Source: a virus
Lineage: Duplodnaviria > Heunggongvirae > Uroviricota > Caudoviricetes
Direction: 5' to 3' (one strand)
DNA: 64,000 nucleotides
IMG/VR virus record: IMGVR_UViG_3300025644_000002
Both the position numbers and the translations under genes were made by a program. Shown here piece by piece: positions 49,032-57,098 of this stretch (the stretch's first letter is position 1; every line of letters begins with the position of its first letter). Under the pieces are notes generated by a model. The model was not told the DNA's origin. It did no database searches and worked only from the letters and a program-made list of their open reading frames with translations.

Positions 49032-49103
49032 GCCGTGGTCGTCTAATGGTAAGACGCTCTTAGTCCGCTAAGAGAAATGGAGGTTCAACTCCTTCCCTAG
49101 GCT
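49032..49103 (+). tRNA. tRNA-like gene with a non-canonical anticodon arm (CTCTT-AGTCCGCT-AAGAG, 8-nt loop, or a 6-bp stem with 6-nt loop)
   Basis: D-arm TCGTCTAATGGTAAGACG, T-arm GGAGG-TTCAACT-CCTTC, acceptor GCCGTGG/CCTAGGC with 2 mismatches. Confidence 0.35.
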
Positions 49104-49112
49104 CTAATTTAT

Positions 49113-49185
49113 AGGGTGGAAGTGTTAATGGTAACACGCCGGCCTGTCACGCCGGAGACTGCGGGTTCGATCCCCGTGCGCTCTG
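49113..49185 (+). tRNA. tRNA-Asp (GTC)
   Basis: Anticodon arm CCGGC-CTGTCAC-GCCGG; acceptor AGGGTGG/GCGCTCT (2 GU pairs, 1 mismatch). Confidence 0.6.
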
Positions 49186-49210
49186 CGAAATAAAAAGAAA
49201 GGACAACGTT

Positions 49211-49447
49211 ATGATGGGAATTATAGTACTTCTCATACCAGTGGGAATTATATTTGGGCTTGGAACTATGTTCCTAGTAATGTCGCTAATGCCAAAGTAT
49301 ACAAAGAAAGCCGGATGGGCAAAAACATATGGACTAGCTTGTTATGCCATTTGTGGAATCGTGTGGTATCTTTTAATACTTTCATGGGCCGAATCAGAAG
49401 TAGTCATGGCAGAAGAAGAAAAACAAGCAACAGAACAAACAGAATAA
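49211..49447 (+). CDS. small membrane protein (78 aa)
   Basis: ORF track; two TM helices. Confidence 0.45.
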   Translation: MMGIIVLLIPVGIIFGLGTMFLVMSLMPKYTKKAGWAKTYGLACYAICGIVWYLLILSWAESEVVMAEEEKQATEQTE

Positions 49448-49453
49448 ATTAAT

Positions 49454-49527
49454 GGGGTTGTAGCTCAGTCTGGGAGAGCAACTGCTTTGCACGCAGAGGG
49501 TCAGGGGTTCAAATCCCCTCTTCTCCA
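49454..49527 (+). tRNA. tRNA-Ala (TGC)
   Basis: Anticodon loop TTTGCAC; D-arm TAGCTCAGTCTGGGAGAGC; acceptor GGGGTTG/CTTCTCC has T5-T68 and T6-T67 mismatches. Confidence 0.55.
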
Positions 49528-49539
49528 CTCATTAATAAC

Positions 49540-49611
49540 GGCGCATTCGTCTAATGGCTAGGACACCAGGTTTTCAGTCTGGGTACAGGAGTTCGATTCT
49601 CCTATGCGCTA
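49540..49611 (+). tRNA. tRNA-Glu (TTC)
   Basis: Anticodon arm CCAGG-TTTTCAG-TCTGG; acceptor GGCGCAT/ATGCGCT. Confidence 0.65.
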
Positions 49612-49637
49612 CGAAGGTAACAAACCAGAAAAATAAA

Positions 49638-49874
49638 ATGACAAGACAGAAGAATTTATGTGGAAAGACCAGACCTCTTGACAACCCATATGAAATATGG
49701 AGAACTTTAGATCAGTCTTGGGAATGGAAAGTTTTAAAAAAATGGCAAATAGATGATAACAAAGAAGGCGCTAGATGGTTTTGCGGAGTTAAGTCTCCCT
49801 ATACTTATGGCAGCTATGAATTGGGAGATGTATTTGTACATGAAATAATAGCGGTAGCTAGGAAAGTTAGGTAG
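49638..49874 (+). CDS. hypothetical protein (78 aa)
   Basis: Track ORF 49554..49874 begins inside tRNA-Glu; ATG at 49638. Confidence 0.4.
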   Translation: MTRQKNLCGKTRPLDNPYEIWRTLDQSWEWKVLKKWQIDDNKEGARWFCGVKSPYTYGSYELGDVFVHEIIAVARKVR

Positions 49875-49886
49875 CTAAATAGGTTT

Positions 49887-49959
49887 AGTGCGGTGACCGG
49901 GGGCGAGGCTCTTGGGTTTTGGAAACCTGGGAAGGTGGGTTCGACGCCCACTCGTGCTA
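49887..49959 (+). tRNA. tRNA-Pro (TGG) with an aberrant D-arm
   Basis: 73 nt fits standard numbering; anticodon arm TGGGT-TTTGGAA-ACCTG; T-arm GTGGG-TTCGACG-CCCAC; D-stem does not pair. Confidence 0.45.
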
Positions 49960-49981
49960 CAGAAAAAAAAGAGAAATAATT

Positions 49982-50167
49982 ATGAAACAAGAAACTAAAG
50001 ATAAAATTACTACCGGGCTTTTCCAAGTAATTGACACCTTTTTAAAAGGAGTACTATTCGGAATAAATACCCGTATAGCCCCAAAAATGACATGCCATAG
50101 TTGCGGACTATTAGCAACCAAAGTTTATAAAGGACGCTGGGAGTGTGAGTGCGGGAGACGTTGGTAA
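49982..50167 (+). CDS. small zinc-ribbon protein
   Basis: CHSCG…CECG; track ORF 49919..50167 begins in tRNA-Pro. Confidence 0.4.
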   Translation: MKQETKDKITTGLFQVIDTFLKGVLFGINTRIAPKMTCHSCGLLATKVYKGRWECECGRRW

Positions 50168-50388
50168 TGAATAAATTAACTCAAGAGGAAATGAAAACCC
50201 TCTTTCAAACAACAAATAAAATGGGACTAAACAACCCCCTCTGGAGACGTGGGCAATGTATTTTTAATGCACTTTATATACTTTATCCGGAAGTAGCAGA
50301 AGAGATTAGAGCTACAGCAATGGATCCATTTTACCAGGATAGTAGAATAGCTGCCTGTATAAACCACATTACAAAGGATGAAGGATGA
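50149..50388 (+). CDS. hypothetical protein (79 aa)
   Basis: ORF track. Confidence 0.4.
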   Translation: MRETLVMNKLTQEEMKTLFQTTNKMGLNNPLWRRGQCIFNALYILYPEVAEEIRATAMDPFYQDSRIAACINHITKDEG

Positions 50389-51092
50389 AAAATAAAATAT
50401 TTGTACTGGGAGACGTACATGGTAATTACCAGGGCATGCTCCAATGTTTCGAACGTTCTAACTTCAATTATGAGGAGGATACATTAGTCTTTCTTGGCGA
50501 TATAAATGACGGGTGGCCAGATACGGCAAAGTGTTTCGAAGAACTTTTAAAGATTAAGAATTTAATATAGGTTATAGGTAATCACGACGTATGGCTACTT
50601 GGGTGGTTAGAATATGGACAAACTCCCTCATTGTGGACTAGACAAGGTGGTATGGCTACAATTGCCAGCTACGTGTCAGCCCCACTAGAATGGAGAACTA
50701 AGCACCTACATTATCTACGTAACAAAACAGTATTTTACCACATCGATGATGAGAACAAAATCTACGTACACGGAGGATTCGATCAAAAGGTCCCTATCCG
50801 GGATCAGGATCCGTATAATTTGTATTGGAATCGTCACATCATTGAAGTGGCAAAAATTTACGTAACTCAAAAGCGTGAATTTAAAGATTATAAAGAGGTA
50901 TTCGTTGGGCATACAACTACAGGAATGTTTGGAACGGATAAACCTTTAAATATTTCCAATCTATGGATGTTAGACACCGGATCAGGTTGGGAAGGAAAAC
51001 TTACTATCATGGATGTAAATACGCATGAGTACTGGCAATCAGACTTATCAGAAGATTTATATCCGAACGACTACCATGGAAGAGAACGATAA
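50385..51092 (+). CDS. ApaH / PP-lambda-type metallophosphoesterase interrupted by a single in-frame TAG (50568-50570)
   Basis: Motif 1 GDVHG and motif 2 FLGDINDGWPD lie before the TAG; motif 3 VIGNHD lies immediately after it in the same frame; VHGG and GHT follow. Track ORFs 50385..50570 and 50631..51092 are the two halves. Confidence 0.6.
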
Positions 51093-51099
51093 TTAAGTT

Positions 51100-51182
51100 G
51101 GGCAGCTGGCCGAGCGGTCAAAAGCGCCAGATTGTAGATCTGGTCCCTACGGGGTTCGGAGGTTCGAATCCTTCTCTGCCCA
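51100..51182 (+). tRNA. tRNA-Tyr (GTA), class II
   Basis: Anticodon arm CCAGA-TTGTAGA-TCTGG; long variable arm; acceptor GGGCAGC. Confidence 0.65.
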
Positions 51183-51213
51183 CACTTTTAAATAATAAAA
51201 ATCAAACTAACAA

Positions 51214-51675
51214 ATGAAAAACACAAACCAAATAATTTTCTCCGCAAAGAAGCCATCAGGCTATGATCAATATTTTTCTAATTTTGCACATTCCCCTATT
51301 ACTATAGAAGGTATTGAATATCCAACAGTAGAGCATGCGTTTCAAGCACATAAAACATTTAATAACACAATACGTAAAGAAATAGCACAGTTAAAAACCC
51401 CTGGCAAATCTAAACGTGCGGGTAATAAAGTAAATCTTCGCCCAGATTGGGAAGAAGTAAAATATGACATTATGGTTATGTGCTTAAGAGAAAAATTCAA
51501 AATAGATCTTTACAAAAAGATTTTACTATGTACACAAGATGCAGAATTAATAGAAGACGCGGCTGAATGGAACGACGCAATATGGGGCATCGGAAAAAAT
51601 GGTAAAGGTACAAACCTTTTAGGAAAAGCATTAATGAAAGTAAGAAAGGAACTAAAAGAAAATGAATGGAAGTAA
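51214..51675 (+). CDS. NADAR-domain protein (YbiA-like)
   Basis: EYPTVEHAFQAHK…W…NLLGKALMKVR matches the NADAR/DUF1768 signature. Confidence 0.55.
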   Translation: MKNTNQIIFSAKKPSGYDQYFSNFAHSPITIEGIEYPTVEHAFQAHKTFNNTIRKEIAQLKTPGKSKRAGNKVNLRPDWEEVKYDIMVMCLREKFKIDLYKKILLCTQDAELIEDAAEWNDAIWGIGKNGKGTNLLGKALMKVRKELKENEWK

Positions 51676-51997
51676 AAAAGGATTTACAATAATAGAACTA
51701 ATTATTGTTCTAGTAATTGCAGGGATTATAGGCTCAGTGGCAATACCAAAGCTTTTTAATTCTGGTGTTATAGATGCGAATGGTACGAAAACAGAATTAG
51801 GTTATGGAAATGATTCTAGAACTACCTATACTCTTACAGTTTATGACAAAGCTTATAATATTAAATATGACAAAGAATACTTAGCGGATCGTGTGTCAAT
51901 AGGTGACAACAAACTAACTTTTTTTGTCAATGGCGAAATAGTTCAAGTAATTAATATTCCCGAGGCACGTTGGGAAATACTCGAGAAGGTTTATTAA
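51662..51997 (+). CDS. prepilin-like protein (type IV pilin-type N-terminus)
   Basis: KKGFTIIELIIVLVIAGIIGSVAIP class III signal/pilin N-terminal helix. Confidence 0.45.
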   Translation: MNGSKKGFTIIELIIVLVIAGIIGSVAIPKLFNSGVIDANGTKTELGYGNDSRTTYTLTVYDKAYNIKYDKEYLADRVSIGDNKLTFFVNGEIVQVINIPEARWEILEKVY

Positions 51998-52135
51998 TGA
52001 GTGAGGTTATACTACCTTTAGAAGCTACCATAGATGAGGATTTACAACTTATTTTGGAAACCAAATTTGGAAATGGCAGACTAACCCTTACAGATATACT
52101 TCTATTACAAATTTGTAGAAAACTCGATAAACTTA

Positions 52136-52429
52136 ATGGAGAGGAAACAGATGTTTAAATTAAAAGTAGATGACGTTATAACGGTACGAGCTAGTACTGG
52201 CGAAGACCACATTCCGTCATACTGGACACAACGTAGGTGGGCAATAACTAAAGTTAGTCCCACTAAAATAGACGTTCAAGGATACGATAACTACGGTTGG
52301 AGAAAGATAGCAGAAAGACACTTTTTATTGAAAGACTATGCTATCGAGCGTTGTATAATAGAGGTGGTTGACGGTTCTTCCAGCCTAACCGTATTACGTA
52401 CAATACACTCTGGAAAGGATACCAAATAA
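52136..52429 (+). CDS. hypothetical protein (97 aa)
   Basis: ORF track. Confidence 0.4.
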   Translation: MERKQMFKLKVDDVITVRASTGEDHIPSYWTQRRWAITKVSPTKIDVQGYDNYGWRKIAERHFLLKDYAIERCIIEVVDGSSSLTVLRTIHSGKDTK

Positions 52430-53574
52430 TGTTAATTAATTCAATTTTAGATAACGACATATATAAATTTACACAACAAATGTTTGTTTGTCAGCAATTT
52501 CCAAACCTGGAAGTAGAATACAAGTGGATATTGAGAACTCCAGTTGAGTTTAGTGACTCGTTTGCTACAAAATTGATAAGCAATATTAACGCAATGGGAT
52601 CACTACGGTTAACTGATTCAGAAGCAACTTTTTTAAAAAAGAAATGTTATTATTTCACTCCCGTGTATAGGGACTTTTTAAAAGGGTATGCGTATGACTC
52701 TTCTGAAGTAGAAGTAATTTATGAACCCGGTAAACAACATCAATTTGAGATATGTATTAGAGGTCCCTGGTATAGGACTATACTGTGGGAAGTACCTATT
52801 ATGGCTATTATTTCAGAGATGTCTAATGGGGAATTAAGCCCGCTGTATGAGTTAGAAAAACAGAATATAGAAAAATTGAGAATTATACACGATAATCATT
52901 TAAGCGTAGCCGACTTCGGAACTAGACGAAGGCACTCTTATGACGTACATGATAAAACTCTTAATATTTTAAAGCATGGATTGGTAGGAACCTCTAATGT
53001 TCATTTTGCCAAAAAATATAATTTAACCCCAACAGGTACACAAGCTCACGAAGTATATATGGTCTTATCACGCCTATACGGTTACAAGATGGCAACTACT
53101 ATGGTATTAGAGAAATGGGTAGAAGTGTTTCAAGGAAGTCTGGGAACAGCTTTACCAGATACCTTTACTACAGACGTTTTTCTTAAAGAATTTGCCATGA
53201 AGTATTCTAAACTATTTGACGGTGTGAGGCAAGACAGTGGGGACCCGCTTGTGTTTGCTAACAAAATTATTAACCACTATGAGCATTTAAACATTGATCC
53301 GAAAAGTAAATTAATAATCTTTTCAGACAGTTTAAATCTCGAAAAAGCGGTACACATCGAAAAAGAAGTGAATAAGCACATTAAAACGGCTTACGGAATT
53401 GGTACCAACTTCACTAATGATACAGACGTTACACCATTGAATATGGTAATCAAAATTAACGCTGTTAAATTAAATGATGTATGGGAACCAGCTATTAAGT
53501 TGTCAGATTCCCCGGGAAAACATACAGGCGATCCAGACGAGATTGCGTTATGTAAACAAATATTAAAGGTTTAA
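52429..53574 (+). CDS. pncB: nicotinate phosphoribosyltransferase (PncB)
   Basis: LDNDIYKFTQQMFV, GPWYRTILWEVPIMAIISE, FGTRRRHS, TPTGTQAHE, RQDSGDP, KLSDSPGK all match E. coli PncB blocks. Confidence 0.75.
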   Translation: MLINSILDNDIYKFTQQMFVCQQFPNLEVEYKWILRTPVEFSDSFATKLISNINAMGSLRLTDSEATFLKKKCYYFTPVYRDFLKGYAYDSSEVEVIYEPGKQHQFEICIRGPWYRTILWEVPIMAIISEMSNGELSPLYELEKQNIEKLRIIHDNHLSVADFGTRRRHSYDVHDKTLNILKHGLVGTSNVHFAKKYNLTPTGTQAHEVYMVLSRLYGYKMATTMVLEKWVEVFQGSLGTALPDTFTTDVFLKEFAMKYSKLFDGVRQDSGDPLVFANKIINHYEHLNIDPKSKLIIFSDSLNLEKAVHIEKEVNKHIKTAYGIGTNFTNDTDVTPLNMVIKINAVKLNDVWEPAIKLSDSPGKHTGDPDEIALCKQILKV

Positions 53575-53576
53575 AT

Positions 53577-53606
53577 ACGTGGGGGCCAAGCGTCCCCACT
53601 TTTAAA
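53577..53606 (+). terminator. Rho-independent terminator (GTGGGGG…TCCCCAC + TTTT)
   Basis: cgtgggggccaagcgtccccactttt. Confidence 0.5.
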
Positions 53607-53610
53607 TAGA

Positions 53611-53694
53611 GCTGGTGTTACCTGAGCGGTCGAAAGGTCCTGATTTGTAATCAGGTGACGAAAGTCCACGTAGGTTCGAATCCTACCATCAGCC
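53611..53694 (+). tRNA. class II tRNA (Ser-like body, GAAA-capped variable arm) with anticodon loop TTTGTAA = anticodon UGU
   Basis: Acceptor GCTGGTG/CATCAGC, D-stem ACCT/AGGT, anticodon stem CCTGA/TCAGG, variable arm TGACGAAAGTCCAC, T-arm GTAGG-TTCGAAT-CCTAC. Confidence 0.45.
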
Positions 53695-53695
53695 C

Positions 53696-53780
53696 GTTGT
53701 CGGTGGCAGATTTGGTAATGCACTCGGCTGTGACCCGAGTTGGAGTTGCTCCTCATGCGGGTTCAAATCCCGTCCGACAC
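53696..53780 (+). tRNA. tRNA with a GUG (His) anticodon, a possible G-1, a T1:C72 mismatch and an unusually long variable arm
   Basis: Anticodon arm ACTCGG-CTGTGAC-CCGAGT; variable hairpin GGAG-ttg-CTCC; T-arm GCGGG-TTCAAAT-CCCGT. Confidence 0.45.
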
Positions 53781-53804
53781 CCCAATTAACTTAGGAACTA
53801 AAAA

Positions 53805-54161
53805 ATGAAAAATCCAAAATATATAGTCAGGCCAGACGATTCCTATATATGGGAATTAGACGAATCAAACAATTGCTATAGAAGCTATAAACCTATAAAA
53901 TATTCAGACGGCACAAGAGCAAACGCTCATGACAACTACACCTTTAAACGTTTAACAGAAATTTATGACTTTTTTCCTATTGAAGAAGACGAATTAGCGA
54001 AATATGAAGCTAAATGCAAGGATCATTATGCCTTTGTTGGTTGGCAGATCAGATCAGACGGTCACGGAGGGTGCAAAGGCGGAACTCGAGCCGAGTATGA
54101 GATATATTTGGAAAGAGTTGAACGTTACCAGAAATGGAAAAAAGAAGAAGGAATTGAATAA
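53805..54161 (+). CDS. hypothetical protein (118 aa)
   Basis: ORF track. Confidence 0.45.
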   Translation: MKNPKYIVRPDDSYIWELDESNNCYRSYKPIKYSDGTRANAHDNYTFKRLTEIYDFFPIEEDELAKYEAKCKDHYAFVGWQIRSDGHGGCKGGTRAEYEIYLERVERYQKWKKEEGIE

Positions 54162-54665
54162 TTGAAAGTAATATTTTTAGATATCGACGGCGTACTCAAT
54201 AATCGTGAGTCGGTACATAAACGACATGAAGAAAAGTTAGGAAATGTATGGCTTCCAGACATAACGCTAGTAGAACGCTTAAAGCAAATAATTGACGCAA
54301 CTGGAGCACAAATAGTAGTATCCTCAACTTGGAGACTTCATGGTGATTCATTTATGTTTAGACATCTATTTGCTGCCTTGGGATTCAATTTACCCTTCGT
54401 AATAGGGAAGAGTACCCCAAGACTACATAAAAGAAGAGGCATAGAAATTCAACAATGGCTTGATGAGCATAATGCCGAATACGACGCAGATCCTGAGTTC
54501 TCTAAAGAACATTACCACGAAAGAGCCGATTCCTTCATAATTTTGGACGATGACTCAGACATGGAGCATTTAATGGATCGACTAGTACAAACAAAAACAG
54601 ATTTAGGTCTACAAGATGAGCATGTAGAACAAGCAATTAAATTATTAAATACTCCGGCGGGGTAG
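54162..54665 (+). CDS. HAD-superfamily phosphatase
   Basis: Motif I FLDIDGVLN; TTG start per track. Confidence 0.5.
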   Translation: MKVIFLDIDGVLNNRESVHKRHEEKLGNVWLPDITLVERLKQIIDATGAQIVVSSTWRLHGDSFMFRHLFAALGFNLPFVIGKSTPRLHKRRGIEIQQWLDEHNAEYDADPEFSKEHYHERADSFIILDDDSDMEHLMDRLVQTKTDLGLQDEHVEQAIKLLNTPAG

Positions 54666-54727
54666 CTCAGGGGTAGAGCGGTGGATTGAAGATCCACGCG
54701 ACGGTGGTTCGATTCCATCTTTCGCCA
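54656..54727 (+). tRNA. tRNA-Phe (GAA)
   Basis: Anticodon arm GTGGA-TTGAAGA-TCCAC; D-arm TAGCTCAGGGGTAGAGC. Confidence 0.65.
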
Positions 54728-54821
54728 CAGACTCATCTGCCATCGCTTGCGTGTAAGAGCAGAAGGAGATGGGAGCGCGCAATATAATAACTGCAGAAAA
54801 AAGTATCGCGTCGCTCTTTAC

Positions 54822-54914
54822 GGAGAGGTGTAAGAGAATGGTATTCTGCCGGTCTTGAAAACCGGTGCGCCCCCGCAAGGGGGTCTGCAGGTTCGATCCC
54901 TGTCCTCTCCTCCA
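54822..54914 (+). tRNA. tRNA-Ser (TGA), class II, CCA encoded
   Basis: Acceptor GGAGAGG/CCTCTCC is perfect; anticodon arm CCGGT-CTTGAAA-ACCGG; variable arm GCGCCCCCGCAAGGGGGTC. Confidence 0.7.
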
Positions 54915-54987
54915 GGGCCTTTAGCTCAATTGGCTGAGCAACACACTCATAATGTGTAGGATGCTGGTTCGAGTCCAGCAGGGCCCA
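54915..54987 (+). tRNA. tRNA-Met (CAT), elongator type
   Basis: Acceptor GGGCCTT/AGGGCCC; anticodon arm ACACA-CTCATAA-TGTGT. Confidence 0.7.
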
Positions 54988-55035
54988 CAAAAAAAATGGT
55001 TAGGTGATGTAATTGGGAAACATCTTCGCGTAGTA

Positions 55036-55120
55036 GGCTGTTCGACTCAGTAACACTTCAGTAGATATACTATATAGTGGACGCATGGTGCGTATGCAGG
55101 TTCGAGTCCTGTCCTAGCCA
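55036..55120 (+). tRNA. class II tRNA-like gene or pseudogene (85 nt) with no foldable anticodon arm
   Basis: T-arm GCAGG-TTCGAGT-CCTGT, variable hairpin ACGCA-tgg-TGCGT, acceptor GGCTGTT/CCTAGCC with 2 mismatches; the anticodon region is ATATACTATAT. Confidence 0.25.
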
Positions 55121-55297
55121 CTAATAACAAAGAGGATAAATGAAAGAAAAGAAAGAAAAACCACAAGTCACATGGACTGGGTTTCTAAAATTATGGGCTA
55201 TTGGAGATGATCAAAAACGAGCCAAAGAAAAAGCTAAATTGTTAAAAACTTATAACAATATCCAAGATGATTTAAACAGTAAAAAAGGAAAGGAACA

Positions 55298-55696
55298 GTG
55301 ATAAACAGAGTATTTTTAGGAGGCACTTGCGCACATACAACCTGGAGGAATCAAATAATTCCTCAACTAACTATAGACTACTTTAATCCAGATGTGGAAG
55401 ACTGGACAGAGGCGTGCCAAGCAATAGAAATGGATGAAAAAGACAATAAATGTAATGTACATTTTTATCTTATTTCTAAAGAAATGCAAGGAGTATTTTC
55501 CATAGCAGAAGTTGTAAATAGCGCACACACCCACGGCAAACGAACTATATTGCACGTTAGGCCTGATGGATTTGATAAAGGACAGCTCAAAAGTTTAAAA
55601 GCTACTGTAGAGTTAGTAAATGCTGCAGGAGGAATAGCTTACATAGATAACAACATACACAGGGCGGTTACCATATTAAACAACTGCTTTGCTTAA
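55298..55696 (+). CDS. hypothetical protein (132 aa) adjacent to the NAD genes
   Basis: ORF track; GTG start. Confidence 0.4.
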   Translation: MINRVFLGGTCAHTTWRNQIIPQLTIDYFNPDVEDWTEACQAIEMDEKDNKCNVHFYLISKEMQGVFSIAEVVNSAHTHGKRTILHVRPDGFDKGQLKSLKATVELVNAAGGIAYIDNNIHRAVTILNNCFA

Positions 55697-55713
55697 TTTA
55701 AAAAGGAAAACAG

Positions 55714-56505
55714 ATGAAACTTAGACAAGACATAATTGACTTACAAGATTTTATAAAAAGAACAGTAGAAGATGCAGGTGCTGATGGGGTAGTCATAGGA
55801 TTATCTGGAGGAGTAGACTCCGCAGTAATTGCGGCTTTAGCTCAAAGAGCTTTAGGGCCAGAGAAGGTTATGGCGGTGTGGCTGCCTTACCATGAAACAG
55901 TTATTCCCTCAATATCTAATTTATTTCATGGAGCTGATAATATACTAGCTCTTGCAAAACATCTCCAATTAAACCTTAATTGTATAGATATTACCACTTC
56001 TGTAGACGCCATGATAGAGGGTATGACTTATATCCAAACAGAGGCAATAACTACCCTCACAAAAGGGAATATGAAAGCCCGGGCCCGCATGTCTGCACTG
56101 TACCTGCTAGCAAATAGTACCAATAACCTCGTAATAGGAACAACTAACAAGTCTGAATACGAAATAGGGTACTTTACTAAATATGGAGACGGTGGAGTAG
56201 ATTTTGAACCATTGTTAGAGTTTTACAAATTTGAAGTTAGAGAAATAGCTAGAGAATTAGAGCTACCTAACGAATATGCAAATGCGGTAGCTTCTGCGGG
56301 ATTATGGGAAGGACAAACTGATGAACAAGAATTTGGATTTACATACCAAGAACTAGATTCTTATTTGATTTGGTGGAGTACTATGGACTGTGAAAATGTA
56401 CCATCTCCGGTTTCTGTAGAAGTTATGAATAATATCGAAAGTATGATAAACAATAGCCGTCATAAACGCGATAATATTCCAAGCTTTTTAAGGGACATAG
56501 CCTAA
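55714..56505 (+). CDS. nadE: NH3-dependent NAD+ synthetase (NadE)
   Basis: PP-loop GLSGGVDSAV. Confidence 0.7.
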   Translation: MKLRQDIIDLQDFIKRTVEDAGADGVVIGLSGGVDSAVIAALAQRALGPEKVMAVWLPYHETVIPSISNLFHGADNILALAKHLQLNLNCIDITTSVDAMIEGMTYIQTEAITTLTKGNMKARARMSALYLLANSTNNLVIGTTNKSEYEIGYFTKYGDGGVDFEPLLEFYKFEVREIARELELPNEYANAVASAGLWEGQTDEQEFGFTYQELDSYLIWWSTMDCENVPSPVSVEVMNNIESMINNSRHKRDNIPSFLRDIA

Positions 56506-57098
56506 TGCCAAAAATTAAGATTAAATTTGTATCAGACGCTTTAATAGAGCCCCAACATGTAATAGCTGAAACATTAAATCTAGAAAATGAAGCTGGAGAA
56601 ACTACTGATTGGGAAATAGTTAGAAGAATTGGAAACCAAAAGTCTGTAGCGGGAGTATTTCATGACCGCTCTGGAAGATTCTTACTAATTAAGGAGTGGA
56701 GACCTGCGTTAGATAACTACATTTGGTCATTTCCAGCAGGTATGATAGAAGAGGGAGAAACTCCAGAAGACGCTATGCGTAGAGAATTGTTGGAGGAAAC
56801 TGGATATGAAGTAGACGGGGCTTGTAGAGTATTTCCTGCAGCCATCAATACCGCAGGAATGTCAGATGAAGCAACTCATTTAGTAATGGGAGCTTTAGGA
56901 AGTTACTTACCAGAGCAACAGTCGTTAGGAGACTTTGAAGATATAGACCAAATAATCTTAATTAATGGTTATAATTTACTTAGTTTCATAGCCTCTGAAA
57001 AAGCAAAAAAAGTAGAAATCTCAAGCAGACTTCTGTCATTTGCAGCAGGATTATCTTTTATGGAATCTCCAAATTACGAATATATAAGGATGAAATAA
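56505..57098 (+). CDS. Nudix hydrolase
   Basis: Nudix box PAGMIEEGETPEDAMRRELLEETG. Confidence 0.65.
   Translation: MPKIKIKFVSDALIEPQHVIAETLNLENEAGETTDWEIVRRIGNQKSVAGVFHDRSGRFLLIKEWRPALDNYIWSFPAGMIEEGETPEDAMRRELLEETGYEVDGACRVFPAAINTAGMSDEATHLVMGALGSYLPEQQSLGDFEDIDQIILINGYNLLSFIASEKAKKVEISSRLLSFAAGLSFMESPNYEYIRMK

Noticed and set aside
49814-50026. Minus-strand ORF (70 aa) overlapping tRNA-Pro
   Set aside because: Its translation contains the VGVEPT-type peptide produced by reading a tRNA T-arm in antisense; it is an artefact of the tRNA gene
53571-53756. Minus-strand ORF over the two class II tRNAs
   Set aside because: Antisense to tRNA genes, RIRTY/GRIR-type artefact translation, no RBS
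54512-54990. Three overlapping minus-strand ORFs across the Phe/Ser/Met tRNA cluster
   Set aside because: Antisense to tRNA genes (GIEP/GIEPA motifs), mutually overlapping in different frames
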